A DNA stretch of 60,697 nucleotides, filler included. It is 3 parts of 3 records of this genome, joined end to end, with 100 filler letters (N's around TTAATTAATTAA, not from the genome) between each part and the next. Parts side by side here need not be neighbours in the genome. Positions count along the whole stretch, not along the records: positions 27,530 to 49,821 come from SRR20825006_200; 2 more parts are not named here. One strand, 5' to 3'. A program made the position numbers and the translations under genes. Position 1 is the stretch's first letter; every line of letters starts with the position of its first letter. Shown here one piece after another: positions 36,634 through 47,220 of this stretch. The notes under the pieces are model-generated. The model made no database searches, had not been told where the DNA came from, and saw nothing but the letters and a program-made list of their open reading frames with translations.

Positions 36634-37239
36634 ATGCAAACCTTCAATTTTCTGCAGGAATATACACTGGAAAACGATTGCGTTCGGCTCAGTCCGTTGC
36701 AATATCAAGATATTGATAAATTACTTCATTTTTCAGAGCAAGAACCTGAACTTTGGAAATATTCACTGCAACCAGCAAATGGTTTAGCGAATCTAAAAAC
36801 TTATGTAGCCTTTGCGCTTCAGAGTAGAAAAGAAGAAACTTCTTATCCTTTTATTGTGTTTGATAAACGTACGCAGGAGATTGCTGGTAGTACTCGTTTT
36901 TATGATTTTCAGAAACAGCACAATACTATTCAACTTGGTTATACCTGGTATGGCAAGAAATTTCAAGCGACAGGACTCAATAAACAGTGCAAGTTATTGA
37001 TGTTAGAATTTGCTTTTGAAACCCTAGGTTTGAATCGTGTAGAGTTTCGCGCAGATGCTACAAACGCACGAAGTATCGCAGCAATGAAAAGTATTGGTTG
37101 TACTGTTGAAGGTATATTACGAAGTAATTGCGCAGCATTAAATGGCAGAAGAGACAGTATAGTTTTAAGTATATTAAAAGAAGAGTGGTTTGGTGGTGTA
37201 AAGGAGAATTTGATGCTTAAACTACACACGATAACCTAA
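36634..37239 (+). CDS. GNAT N-acetyltransferase (RimJ/RimL type)
   Basis: AGSTRF, QLGYTWY, LMLEFAFE and NARSIAAMKSIGCTVEGILR. Confidence 0.9.
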   Translation: MQTFNFLQEYTLENDCVRLSPLQYQDIDKLLHFSEQEPELWKYSLQPANGLANLKTYVAFALQSRKEETSYPFIVFDKRTQEIAGSTRFYDFQKQHNTIQLGYTWYGKKFQATGLNKQCKLLMLEFAFETLGLNRVEFRADATNARSIAAMKSIGCTVEGILRSNCAALNGRRDSIVLSILKEEWFGGVKENLMLKLHTIT

Positions 37240-37303
37240 ATAAAATTGAAAATGCAAGGAACATTTCACTTCACTGAAATTTTTCCTTATATTAAAACCT
37301 TGT

Positions 37304-38068
37304 ATGAAAAATAGTATCCTACTTATTGCCTTTCTTTTAGTTGCGTTAAATTCCTTTGCCCAAGATCAAAATATAATCAAGGGAATCGTTATGAATGACG
37401 CGGATGATAAATTACTAGAGAATGTAAACATTGTTAATCTTAACCAAGTAATAGGAACAACCACTAATGAAAAAGGGGAGTTTGCATTAAGTGCAGCGGT
37501 TAATGACACCCTGTTTTTTTCATATTTAGGGTTTAAATCTTTGCGAGTTCGTGTAACGAATGACTGGCTTCGGTTTGGAGATATAAAGGTGAAAATGACC
37601 GAACTAGGCATTGCTTTGGAAGAAGTGGTCATTAAACCTGTGGAGTTAACAGGTTATGTTGAAATTGACGCAAAATTGATTCCTATTTATGATAATTACC
37701 GTTACAGAATTTCAGGTTTGAGTACAGGTTATGAAGGTGGAAGCAATCAACCTGGAGCTGTAAGTAAGGTGCTAAGTTCTATTTTTAACCCAGCAGATTT
37801 TTTATATCATGTTTTTGGAAAACGACCGAGGCAGATGAAAAAACTTCGTAAAATGAAGGAAGATGACGAAATACGAAACTTACTTCAAAGTAAATACGAT
37901 CGTGAAACACTAATGGCGGTGCTTCAACTGGAGCGTGTAGATATTGATGAAATATTAAATAAGTGCAGCTATTCAAAAGATTTTATTCGAACTGCAAACG
38001 ATTTGCAAATTCTTGATGCCATTAGCGGTTGTTATGAAGAATACAAGATTTTGAATAGAGATAAGTAA
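37304..38068 (+). CDS. Exported protein with carboxypeptidase-regulatory-like N-terminal domain
   Basis: Signal peptide; GTTTNEKGEF...DTLFFSYLGFKS...LEEVVI pattern. Confidence 0.85.
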   Translation: MKNSILLIAFLLVALNSFAQDQNIIKGIVMNDADDKLLENVNIVNLNQVIGTTTNEKGEFALSAAVNDTLFFSYLGFKSLRVRVTNDWLRFGDIKVKMTELGIALEEVVIKPVELTGYVEIDAKLIPIYDNYRYRISGLSTGYEGGSNQPGAVSKVLSSIFNPADFLYHVFGKRPRQMKKLRKMKEDDEIRNLLQSKYDRETLMAVLQLERVDIDEILNKCSYSKDFIRTANDLQILDAISGCYEEYKILNRDK

Positions 38069-38120
38069 TATTTTTTTCTCCTTTTTTTAACATCAATCAA
38101 TTTCATTCAACCTATTTTTA

Positions 38121-39497
38121 ATGAAAATTGATTCTATGGACCAAATCATCACAGCGCAGCGTAATTTTTTTAACTCACACGCTACAAAGGATATTCAATT
38201 TAGAAGAAAACAATTAAAAACGCTCCATACCGCGCTACAGCAAAATGAGCAGTTACTTCACGATGCTATATACAAAGACTTCAAAAAGTCTAGTTTTGAC
38301 ACGTATACCACAGAGCTTTCGTTACTTTATAAAGATATTAAGGAGGCTCGTAAAATGATTTTTAAATGGGGGCGTAAACAAAAAGTTGCTACAGGTATTC
38401 TAAATTTTCCAGCTTCAAGTTATATTATTCCAGAACCTTTGGGGGTTTGGTTGGTAATAGGAGCTTGGAATTATCCATACCAGCTTTCTTTTGCACCAAT
38501 AATCGCTGCAATAGCAGCAGGAAATACTGTTGTTTTAAAGCCTAGCGAATTGCCAAAACATACCGTAACAGCGATGGCGAAAATTGTAAAAGAAAATTTT
38601 GATCCTGCATTTTTTACCGTTGTAGAAGGTGGCGTGGCAGAAACTCAAGAATTACTAAAACAAAAATTCGATAAAATATTTTTCACAGGAAGCACAAAAG
38701 TTGGGAAGATAGTTTATAAAGCCGCCGCCGAAAACCTTACACCCGTTACTCTAGAATTAGGTGGAAAAAGCCCAGCAATTGTTACCGAAAATTGCAATTT
38801 GAAAGTTACTGTAAAACGTTTGGTTTGGGGAAAATTTCTTAATGCAGGTCAAACGTGTATTGCGCCAGATTATGTTTTGGTCCATAAAAACATCGAGCAG
38901 CAGTTTCTTGAACAAACTAAACAGGAAATAATAAGTCAGCGCTTCGCTTTTGAAAATGATAATTATCTTCAGATAATAAATAATGACAATTTTGAACGAC
39001 TTATAGCAATGCTTCTCCCTGAAAAAATATATTTTGGCGGAGAAACAAACTCCAAAACCCGATACATTCAACCCACAATTTTGCAAAATGTAACCATGCA
39101 TGATGCAGTCATGAAAGAAGAAATTTTTGGTCCAATTCTTCCTGTTATTGCATATGAAACACTCGACGAGGCAATTGCAAAAGTGGTTCGTTTACCCAAA
39201 CCTTTATCGTGTTATTTATTTACAAAAAACAACTCAACAAAAAAGAAGGTGTTAAGAGAAATCTCTTTTGGTGGTGGTGCAATAAATGATTCCGTAATGC
39301 ATATAACCAATACTAATTTACCTTTTGGTGGTGTTGGAGCTAGTGGTATTGGTAATTACCATGGTGAAGCTGGTTTTAAGGCTTTTACGCATTACAAAAG
39401 CGTGATGGATAAACCTACATGGTTGGATCCTTCCATTCGTTATTATCCACACACTTCGTTTAGATTGAAGTTGATGAAATGGTTTATGAAATTTTAA
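38121..39497 (+). CDS. Aldehyde dehydrogenase (family 3)
   Basis: WNYP, KPSE, FTGS, LELGGKSP, NAGQTCIAPD, EEIFGP and PFGGVG. Confidence 0.96.
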   Translation: MKIDSMDQIITAQRNFFNSHATKDIQFRRKQLKTLHTALQQNEQLLHDAIYKDFKKSSFDTYTTELSLLYKDIKEARKMIFKWGRKQKVATGILNFPASSYIIPEPLGVWLVIGAWNYPYQLSFAPIIAAIAAGNTVVLKPSELPKHTVTAMAKIVKENFDPAFFTVVEGGVAETQELLKQKFDKIFFTGSTKVGKIVYKAAAENLTPVTLELGGKSPAIVTENCNLKVTVKRLVWGKFLNAGQTCIAPDYVLVHKNIEQQFLEQTKQEIISQRFAFENDNYLQIINNDNFERLIAMLLPEKIYFGGETNSKTRYIQPTILQNVTMHDAVMKEEIFGPILPVIAYETLDEAIAKVVRLPKPLSCYLFTKNNSTKKKVLREISFGGGAINDSVMHITNTNLPFGGVGASGIGNYHGEAGFKAFTHYKSVMDKPTWLDPSIRYYPHTSFRLKLMKWFMKF

Positions 39498-39515
39498 ATA
39501 ATAATTTTTACACGT

Positions 39516-40205
39516 ATGAATATTAAAAGCAACTTTTACTTTATAATACTTAGTTTAATGATGTTCGCTTGTTCCTCGAAGAAAGAAAAAATAATTGCGA
39601 TTGATGTACTTCTTACTCCTTCAGAAGAAATGTATGAGCAGGCAATTCAGCTTAATGCAGCAATATTTAATAACAATCCAGAAACAATTAAGCTTGATGA
39701 AAATCATATTCCACACATTACACTTCTTCAATGTTTTATTTATGAAAATAATTTACCAAAAGTGAATAGGGCTTTAAAAGGACTTTTTGAAGCTATTAAA
39801 AATGATTCATTATCTGCCGAAACGTTGTCTTATTCAAAAGATACCGAAGAAAGCTTCGCAATGATTTCTATTGAAAAAAGCCAAAAACTTCTGGATTTAC
39901 ACAAAAAAACAATTGATTTGGTAAAACCTTTTTTTGTGCTAAATGGCAATGAAGAATCTTTTGTGCAAAACCCAGATGGTAGTCAGATATCAAGCTTTAC
40001 AGTGGCCTACGTTCCTGAATTTGTAAGTAAGTATAGTTATACTAATTTTGATCCACATATTAGTTTGGGTGTTGCTCAAAAAGTTTTGTTAGACAGTTTG
40101 GCGACCACAGTATTTAAGCCAATAAAATTTCCTGCCACATCTGTAAGTGTTTATCAATTGGGCGATCACGGAACTGCACAGAAATTATTGTGGCAGAATG
40201 AATAG
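39516..40205 (+). CDS. Lipoprotein of the 2H phosphoesterase superfamily
   Basis: Lipobox-like LMMFAC|SSKKE and two H-x-[ST]-hydrophobic motifs, PHITL and PHISL. Confidence 0.72.
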   Translation: MNIKSNFYFIILSLMMFACSSKKEKIIAIDVLLTPSEEMYEQAIQLNAAIFNNNPETIKLDENHIPHITLLQCFIYENNLPKVNRALKGLFEAIKNDSLSAETLSYSKDTEESFAMISIEKSQKLLDLHKKTIDLVKPFFVLNGNEESFVQNPDGSQISSFTVAYVPEFVSKYSYTNFDPHISLGVAQKVLLDSLATTVFKPIKFPATSVSVYQLGDHGTAQKLLWQNE

Positions 40206-40273
40206 TATTAGGTTTATTAATTCAATTATTATTTTGTTTAATTATATGTATTTTTACATTTCAAATTAAAACC

Positions 40274-41155
40274 ATGAATTACACTTCAAAAATGCTCCGC
40301 GATGATGCGCTAAAAGGAAAAACAATAGTTGTAACTGGCGGAGGAAGCGGCCTCGGTAAAGCAATGACAACCTATTTTTTAGAACTAGGTGCAAATGTGG
40401 TAATTACTTCAAGAAATATTGAAAAATTACAAACTGTAAAAGAAGAACTTGAAAGTGCAACTGGCGGGAAGGTGCTTCCTGTTCAATGTGATGTTCGAAA
40501 CTATGAAGAAGTAGAAGCAATGGTAAATGCTTCTGTAGCTGAATTTGGAAGTGTAGATGTATTGCTTAATAACGCTGCGGGGAATTTTATTTCACCAACT
40601 GAAAGGCTTTCTGCAAATGCTTTTGACACCATAATAGATATTGTTTTAAAAGGAACAAAAAACTGCACACTTGCCTTTGGAAAACATTGGATAGATAAAA
40701 AAGAAACTAATAAAACGGTGCTAAATATAGTAACCACATATGCATTTACAGGTTCGGCTTATGTAGTTCCAAGTGCTACAGCGAAAGCTGGTGTATTAGC
40801 AATGACGCGTTCTTTGGCTGTAGAATGGGCTAAGTACGGAATGCGTTTTAATGCCATTGCACCAGGACCATTTCCAACAAAAGGCGCATGGGATAGATTG
40901 TTGCCAGGCGAGTTGAAAGAAAAATTTAATCCAGCCAAAAAGGTTCCTGTTAAACGTGTTGGAGAACATCAAGAATTAGCAAATTTGGCTGCGTATTTAG
41001 TTTCTGATTTTTCATCGTATATTAACGGTGAAGTAGTTGTTATAGACGGTGGCGAATGGCTAAAAGGAGCTGGGCAAATGAATCTTTTAGAGGAAGTTCC
41101 CCAACAAATGTGGGATATGCTGGAGGCGATGATTCGTGAAAAAAAATCTAAATAA
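40274..41155 (+). CDS. SDR oxidoreductase, 2,4-dienoyl-CoA reductase-like
   Basis: TGGGSGLG, NNAAGNF, SATAKAGV and NAIAPGPF. Confidence 0.9.
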   Translation: MNYTSKMLRDDALKGKTIVVTGGGSGLGKAMTTYFLELGANVVITSRNIEKLQTVKEELESATGGKVLPVQCDVRNYEEVEAMVNASVAEFGSVDVLLNNAAGNFISPTERLSANAFDTIIDIVLKGTKNCTLAFGKHWIDKKETNKTVLNIVTTYAFTGSAYVVPSATAKAGVLAMTRSLAVEWAKYGMRFNAIAPGPFPTKGAWDRLLPGELKEKFNPAKKVPVKRVGEHQELANLAAYLVSDFSSYINGEVVVIDGGEWLKGAGQMNLLEEVPQQMWDMLEAMIREKKSK

Positions 41156-41340
41156 CTTCCAAAAATAAAAAAAAGCAATTTTTGAAATTCTTTTAAATAA
41201 CGAGTGTTAATGTCTTTGAATTTTGAATTTTAAAAATTGGAATCTCTTTGAAGGGAAACTATTGACTTGTTGTTAACAAAAATCATTTTCTATCCACATA
41301 ATTAATCGTACTTTTAACTGCTAAAATTCCAAGTAAATTA

Positions 41341-42111
41341 ATGGGTAAAATTATTGCAATTGCAAATCAAAAAGGAGGCGTAGGCAAGACCACGACCTCA
41401 GTTAATCTGGCTGCATCACTTGGTGTGCTGGAAAAGAAGGTTTTACTCATAGATGCAGACCCTCAAGCTAATGCTACATCTGGCCTAGGCATAGATGTAG
41501 AAAGTGTAGAGGTTGGTACCTATCAATTACTTGAGCACAGCGCAACTGCAAAGGATGCTATCGTGTCCACAAATTCTCCAAACCTAGATTTAATTCCATC
41601 CCACATAGACCTTGTGGCTATTGAAATTGAATTGGTAGATATGGAGAACCGGGAGTATATGCTTAAAAAAGCGATTGAAAACCTTAAAAATGACTACGAT
41701 TACATTCTTATAGACTGTGCGCCATCACTAGGTTTATTAACCCTTAACGCATTAACAGCAGCAGATTCTGTAATTATCCCGATACAATGTGAATACTTTG
41801 CTTTAGAAGGCCTTGGAAAATTATTGAACACCATTAAAAGTGTTCAGAAAATACATAACGAAAACTTAGATATTGAAGGACTTTTGTTAACAATGTACGA
41901 CCAACGGTTACGCCTTTCAAACCAAGTGGTTGATGAAGTAAAAAAGCATTTTGATGAAATGGTTTTTGAAACAATCATTCAGCGCAATGTGCGTTTAAGT
42001 GAAGCGCCTAGCTATGGTGAAAGCATTATCAGTTATGATGCTGCTAGCAAAGGAGCCGATAATTATTTAAGTTTGGCGCATGAATTAATTCAGAAAAACG
42101 AAAAGAAATAA
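41341..42111 (+). CDS. parA: Chromosome partitioning ATPase
   Basis: NQKGGVGKTT, IDADPQANAT, DCAPSLG, QCEYFALEG and RLSEAPS. Confidence 0.97.
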   Translation: MGKIIAIANQKGGVGKTTTSVNLAASLGVLEKKVLLIDADPQANATSGLGIDVESVEVGTYQLLEHSATAKDAIVSTNSPNLDLIPSHIDLVAIEIELVDMENREYMLKKAIENLKNDYDYILIDCAPSLGLLTLNALTAADSVIIPIQCEYFALEGLGKLLNTIKSVQKIHNENLDIEGLLLTMYDQRLRLSNQVVDEVKKHFDEMVFETIIQRNVRLSEAPSYGESIISYDAASKGADNYLSLAHELIQKNEKK

Positions 42112-43011
42112 ATGGCGAAAGCGACCAAAAAACAAGCCTTGGGACGAGGACTTTCAGCACTGTTGAAAGACCCTTCAAATGATATAAAATCTGTTGCAGA
42201 CAAAAATGCCGACAAAGTAGTTGGTAGTATTGTGGAGCTGGAATTGGGAAGCATTGAAGTAAACCCTTTTCAACCACGTACCAGTTTTAATGAAGATTCG
42301 CTTCGCGAGTTGGCTTCATCCATAAAAGAACTTGGTGTAATCCAGCCAATAACGGTACGTAAGCTTGATTTTGGAAAATACCAATTGGTAAGTGGAGAAC
42401 GTCGTTTTCGTGCTTCAAAATTGGTGGGTCTTGAAACAATACCTGCATACATTCGTATAGCAAATGATCAGGAATCACTTGAAATGGCTTTGGTTGAAAA
42501 CATCCAAAGACAAGATTTAGATCCTATTGAAATTGCACTTTCCTATCAACGATTAATAGAAGAAATAAACGTAACTCAAGAAGAATTAAGCGATAGAGTA
42601 GGGAAAAATCGTTCTACAATTGCTAATTACCTACGTTTATTAAAACTGGATCCAATTATCCAAACAGGAATGCGTGACGGTTTTATTAGTATGGGCCACG
42701 GTCGTGCCTTAATTAATATTGACGATTTAAGCGACCAATTGGATATTTATGAAAAGATTTTAAGCCAAAACCTTTCTGTACGTGATACTGAAGCTTTAGT
42801 GAGAAGTTTTAAAAATCCAGACCAAAAAGCTGCTCCTAAAAAAAGTGAAACACCTCCTTTTGCAAAAAAAGCAACAAAAGAATTAACGGATCTTTTTGAA
42901 TCTTCCGTAGAAGTAAAAGTTTCAAAATCTGGAAAAGGACAATTAGTGGTTCCTTTTAAAAATAAAGAAGACTTCGAACGTATTTTGAAGCTAATTAAGA
43001 GTGAAAAATAA
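42112..43011 (+). CDS. parB: Chromosome partitioning protein ParB/Spo0J
   Basis: ALGRGLSALL, NPFQPR, GERRFRA, ENIQRQDL and an HTH. Confidence 0.97.
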   Translation: MAKATKKQALGRGLSALLKDPSNDIKSVADKNADKVVGSIVELELGSIEVNPFQPRTSFNEDSLRELASSIKELGVIQPITVRKLDFGKYQLVSGERRFRASKLVGLETIPAYIRIANDQESLEMALVENIQRQDLDPIEIALSYQRLIEEINVTQEELSDRVGKNRSTIANYLRLLKLDPIIQTGMRDGFISMGHGRALINIDDLSDQLDIYEKILSQNLSVRDTEALVRSFKNPDQKAAPKKSETPPFAKKATKELTDLFESSVEVKVSKSGKGQLVVPFKNKEDFERILKLIKSEK

Positions 43012-43582
43012 TTTCATATATATCTTTCTATTAATTTTTGCCACACCTCTGTTTGCGCAAACAACCGATTCGCTTACAGTAAAAAAAGACGTAAAAGTTA
43101 TTGTGGTGAACGATTCCTTAAAACCAAAAGTGGAATACAATCCGTTGGCGCCCGCACGTGCTGCATTTTATTCTGCAGTGGTTCCTGGTTTGGGGCAAGC
43201 ATACAATAAAAAATACTGGAAAATCCCTATAATTTATGCAGGAATGGCTGCTGGTGTTTATTTTTATAAACAACAAGATGATGAATATGACCGTTTTAGA
43301 AATGCTTACAAAAGAAGACTTGCTGGCTATACTGATGATGAATTTCAAGGAATTTCTGATGATCGGTTGATAAATGCTCAGAAGTCTGCTCAGAGAAATA
43401 AAGATGTAAGTATAATTGTTACAATAGCTTTTTATCTTTTGAATGTTGTTGATGCCAATGTAGACGCACATTTACAGCAGTATGAAGTTAGTGACGACCT
43501 TTCACTTCAACCAAATTTCGATTATAATCAATTCAATGCGAAACCACAATACGGTATGTCGCTAACGTATCGTTTCAAATAA
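43001..43582 (+). CDS. DUF5683 domain protein
   Basis: PARAAFYSAVVPGLGQAYNKKYWK and NVVDANVDAHL; usual position between parB and dapB; GTG start. Confidence 0.87.
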   Translation: MKNNFIYIFLLIFATPLFAQTTDSLTVKKDVKVIVVNDSLKPKVEYNPLAPARAAFYSAVVPGLGQAYNKKYWKIPIIYAGMAAGVYFYKQQDDEYDRFRNAYKRRLAGYTDDEFQGISDDRLINAQKSAQRNKDVSIIVTIAFYLLNVVDANVDAHLQQYEVSDDLSLQPNFDYNQFNAKPQYGMSLTYRFK

Positions 43583-43589
43583 TTTTAAA

Positions 43590-44294
43590 ATGAAAATAGC
43601 CTTACTTGGTTACGGAAAAATGGGTAAAACCATTGAAATGCTGGCGCTAGAAAGTGGTCATGCTGTAGTATATAAAAGTACAAGTAATGGAGCCGAAGGA
43701 AATCTAACTGATGCCGATGTAGCAATAGAATTTTCTTCTCCTGAAGTGGCAGTTGAAAATATTTCAAAAGCATTAAATGCTGGAATCCCCATAGTTTGCG
43801 GGACAACTGGCTGGTTGGAAAATTTTGATGAAATGCTAAACTTATGTGAAAAGCGTAACGGAAGTTTTATCTATGCGTCCAATTTCAGTGTTGGAGTAAA
43901 TTTGTTTTTTAGCATAAATGAATACGCTGCAAAGTTGATGAAGCCTTGGAAAGAGTTTGATGTTTCGGTTGAAGAAATACATCATCTTGAAAAGAAAGAT
44001 GCGCCAAGTGGTACTGCAATTACCATTGCAGAAGGCATTTTAAAACACAATGATAAAAAAGACTGGAAACTAAACACTTCCGAAGAAAATAGTTTAAACA
44101 TCATCGCAAAAAGAGAAGAAGATGTAAAAGGAACGCATACAGTTTCATACAATTCTGTGATAGATACTATTTCCTTTACACACGAAGCACATTCGCGCGA
44201 AGGTTTTGCAAAAGGCGCGATTTTGGCCGCAGACTGGTTACAGAACAAAAAAGGTGTGTTTACAATGAAAGATGTTTTAGGAATCGAAGATTAA
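43590..44294 (+). CDS. dapB: 4-hydroxy-tetrahydrodipicolinate reductase
   Basis: GYGKMG, GTTGW, SNFSVGV, EIHHLEKKDAPSGTA and FAKGA. Confidence 0.97.
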   Translation: MKIALLGYGKMGKTIEMLALESGHAVVYKSTSNGAEGNLTDADVAIEFSSPEVAVENISKALNAGIPIVCGTTGWLENFDEMLNLCEKRNGSFIYASNFSVGVNLFFSINEYAAKLMKPWKEFDVSVEEIHHLEKKDAPSGTAITIAEGILKHNDKKDWKLNTSEENSLNIIAKREEDVKGTHTVSYNSVIDTISFTHEAHSREGFAKGAILAADWLQNKKGVFTMKDVLGIED

Positions 44295-44358
44295 AAAATA
44301 AGAATTGAAGGTTTCCCTTCAATAAAAAAATATAAAATAACGATAGAAAATTAAGGAC

Positions 44359-45924
44359 ATGAGTTGGACAGGTTGGTTAATATTTTTTTTGATAGTTCAG
44401 GTAATCCATTTTGCAGGAACATGGAAGTTATACCAAATTGCTGGTAGAAAAACTTGGGAAGCTGCGGTGCCAGTTTATAATTCCATTGTTTTAATGAAGA
44501 TAATTAACCGCCCAGGATGGTGGACTATCTTACTCTTCATACCAATTGTAAACCTTATTATGTTTCCCGTTATTTGGGTGGAAACCCTACGGAGTTTTGG
44601 TCGAAACTCAACGACAGATACCATCCTCGGAATTGTAACACTTGGACTTTATATCTATTACATTAACTACACCCAAAACGTTACACATATAAAAGATAGA
44701 AGCCTAAAACCACGTACTTCAACAGGGGAGTGGGTAAGCTCTATTCTTTTTGCTGTTGTTGCAGCAACCATTGTGCATACCTACGTTATGCAGCCATTTA
44801 CGATTCCAACTTCTTCATTGGAAAAAACCTTATTGGTGGGCGATTTTCTTTTTGTAAGCAAATTTCATTACGGTGCACGAACACCAATGACGCCGGTTGC
44901 TTTCCCGATGGTGCATGATACAATTCCTGTGGTAAAAGCAAAGTCATATCTTTCTAAACCTCAAATTCCATATTTTAGAATACCTGGTTTTCAAGATATA
45001 AAGCAAAATGATATTGTAGTTTTTAACTGGCCAGTGGATACGGTGAACGCTTTTCAGCAATATGGAGATGGAAAATATTACTACAAACCAATCGATAAAA
45101 AATCTAACTACGTAAAACGTTGCGTAGCCTTGCCAGGTGATTCTTTGGAAGTGCGTGATGGTTATGTTTTTATAAATGGAAAAAAGAACGAATTGCCAGA
45201 AAGAGCTAGAGTTCAATTTTCGTATGATGTGAAAGTGAATGGAGCTTTAAATCCTGATATGCTTTATAACCGTTATGATATTACTGATAGATATGGTTAT
45301 GATTCAAAGTCGAGTTCTTATAGATTTTCAGCGATTTCAGATGAATCATTAAATATGCTTAAAAACAACCCAAATGTGGTTGAAATTACGCGTATTCACA
45401 GCGGAAAAGGTGAGTGGGATCGAGGGATTTTTCCAAACAATCAAAATTACCCTTGGAATAACGATTTTTTTGGTCCTTTATACATTCCTAAGAAAGGTGC
45501 AACGGTTTCTATTACTCCAGAAACATTACCGCTATACAAGCGTGTTATTGAAGTTTATGAAGGTAGCGAGCTTGGAATTACAAATGAAATTACTCAATCT
45601 GGTACCGAAGTTTTATTAAATGGGGAGGTTATAACAGATTATACTTTCAAGATGGATTATTACTGGATGATGGGTGATAACAGAAATAACAGTGAAGATG
45701 CCCGAACATGGGGGTTTGTGCCGTTTAATCATGTTGTTGGAAAACCTGTATTTGTCTGGATGAGTTGGGATGGAATTAACAAAAAAGTACGTTGGGAACG
45801 TCTTTTCACAACTGTTGGCGGAAGTGGAAAACCAGTTTCATACCTACTATATTTTATTATTGCAGTAGTAGGTTGGTTTGCATTCGATTTCTTTAGAAAA
45901 AAGAAAAAAGCAGCTAAAAAATAA
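44359..45924 (+). CDS. lepB: Signal peptidase I with N-terminal membrane extension
   Basis: IPTSSLEKTLLVGD (catalytic Ser), YVKRC (catalytic Lys) and MMGDNRNNSEDAR. Confidence 0.96.
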   Translation: MSWTGWLIFFLIVQVIHFAGTWKLYQIAGRKTWEAAVPVYNSIVLMKIINRPGWWTILLFIPIVNLIMFPVIWVETLRSFGRNSTTDTILGIVTLGLYIYYINYTQNVTHIKDRSLKPRTSTGEWVSSILFAVVAATIVHTYVMQPFTIPTSSLEKTLLVGDFLFVSKFHYGARTPMTPVAFPMVHDTIPVVKAKSYLSKPQIPYFRIPGFQDIKQNDIVVFNWPVDTVNAFQQYGDGKYYYKPIDKKSNYVKRCVALPGDSLEVRDGYVFINGKKNELPERARVQFSYDVKVNGALNPDMLYNRYDITDRYGYDSKSSSYRFSAISDESLNMLKNNPNVVEITRIHSGKGEWDRGIFPNNQNYPWNNDFFGPLYIPKKGATVSITPETLPLYKRVIEVYEGSELGITNEITQSGTEVLLNGEVITDYTFKMDYYWMMGDNRNNSEDARTWGFVPFNHVVGKPVFVWMSWDGINKKVRWERLFTTVGGSGKPVSYLLYFIIAVVGWFAFDFFRKKKKAAKK

Positions 45925-45932
45925 TAGCTTAC

Positions 45933-45979
45933 CCACGAATACATGAATGTTTGTTACCTACTATTTCATGTATTCGTGG
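45933..45979. terminator. Long hairpin between convergent genes (probable bidirectional terminator)
   Basis: Perfect 15-bp inverted repeat CCACGAATACATGAA / TTCATGTATTCGTGG with a 17-nt loop. Confidence 0.65.
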
Positions 45980-45985
45980 CTATTT

Positions 45986-47104
45986 TTACTCAGGAATTAT
46001 TCTAAAAATTCCTTGTCCTTCTACGGCAATATAAATCAAACCATCTAGTCCCATTTTTACGTTTCGAACACGCCCAATATCCTGTGCTATTTTTTGACGC
46101 CCAATAACTTTGTTGCCTTCTAGACTAAGCAATTCTACATACCCAAACTTTAAAGAACCTACCAATAATTTTCCTTTCCATTCAGGATATTTATTGCCTA
46201 TAACGAATGCCATTCCACAAGGAGCTATAGATGGAGTCCAATAATAAATAGGAGGTTCTATCCCTTTTTTTGTAGCTTCATCAGTGATTTTTGTGCCGCT
46301 ATAATTAACACCATAGGTTACAATTGGCCAGCCGTAATTAGCACCTTTTTTTACAATATTTATTTCATCACCTCCTTTTGGTCCATGCTCATGCATCCAA
46401 ATTTCTCCAGTATCGGGATGTTTAGCCATTCCTTGTGGGTTTCTATTTCCGTAGGTAAAAATTGCTTTTTTTGCGTTTACTTCGTTGTAAAATGGATTGT
46501 CTGAAGGGATGCTTCCATCGTCATTCAATCTGTAAATTTTTCCGCCGTCACGTTTTGTATTTTGAGGATTTAGGTCGCGTTCACCTCTTTCACCAATGGA
46601 AAAATATAAAAATCCATCATTGTCAAATTCAATGCGTGAGCCAAAATGTTGCCCAGCGTCGGTATTTGGTTGTGCTTTGTATAGCGTTTCAATATTTGTA
46701 AGCGAATTGTTTTCTAGTTTACAGCGAATAAGTGCGGTATGCCCTCCATTTTCAGCTCCTTCTTCAGAAGCATAGGTAATATAAATCCACCGATTTTTAG
46801 CGTAATTTGGATGCAGTTCAATATCCAATAAGCCACCTTGTCCACTATTAAAAACGTTTGGCACATTTGCAATCTCTTTTTTTTCTCCTGCATTAAAATG
46901 TATTAATCTTCCATCTTTTTCTGTAATCAAAATACTTCCATCTGGAAGCCAAACCATTCCCCAAGGGTTGATCAAGTCTTTTACAACAGCTTCAATTTTA
47001 TACGATTGTGGTTCTGCTTTTAGCGCAATGTCTTCTTTCTTTTTTGGTTGCGCACAAGACATGCAAAAAACCAATGTGCTGATTATAAAAATGTGTTTAT
47101 TCAT
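45986..47104 (-). CDS. PQQ-dependent sugar dehydrogenase (YliI/GSDH family) lipoprotein
   Basis: PWGMVWLPDG, GQGGLLDI, HFGSRI, GNRNPQG, EHGPKGGDEIN and NYGWP; lipobox-like MSC. Confidence 0.93.
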   Translation of the reverse strand: MNKHIFIISTLVFCMSCAQPKKKEDIALKAEPQSYKIEAVVKDLINPWGMVWLPDGSILITEKDGRLIHFNAGEKKEIANVPNVFNSGQGGLLDIELHPNYAKNRWIYITYASEEGAENGGHTALIRCKLENNSLTNIETLYKAQPNTDAGQHFGSRIEFDNDGFLYFSIGERGERDLNPQNTKRDGGKIYRLNDDGSIPSDNPFYNEVNAKKAIFTYGNRNPQGMAKHPDTGEIWMHEHGPKGGDEINIVKKGANYGWPIVTYGVNYSGTKITDEATKKGIEPPIYYWTPSIAPCGMAFVIGNKYPEWKGKLLVGSLKFGYVELLSLEGNKVIGRQKIAQDIGRVRNVKMGLDGLIYIAVEGQGIFRIIPE

Positions 47105-47220
47105 ACTATTTCTTTTATTCCTAAAGATACCAAACTTGAATTAAACTTTCTAAAATCAACCTTAATTCCTTTTTGCCGAAACCTTAAACAAACCTTATCT
47201 TTAACCAAAATTTTTAATTT

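Noticed and set aside
41156..41340. Possible oriC or parS upstream of parA
   Set aside because: Only one near-match DnaA box (CTATCCACA, ~41290) and no TGTTTCACGTGAAACA-like parS palindrome were seen; insufficient evidence.
41341..43011. parAB as plasmid or mobile-element genes
   Set aside because: The parA-parB-DUF5683-dapB-lepB order is the ordinary chromosomal arrangement in Bacteroidota.
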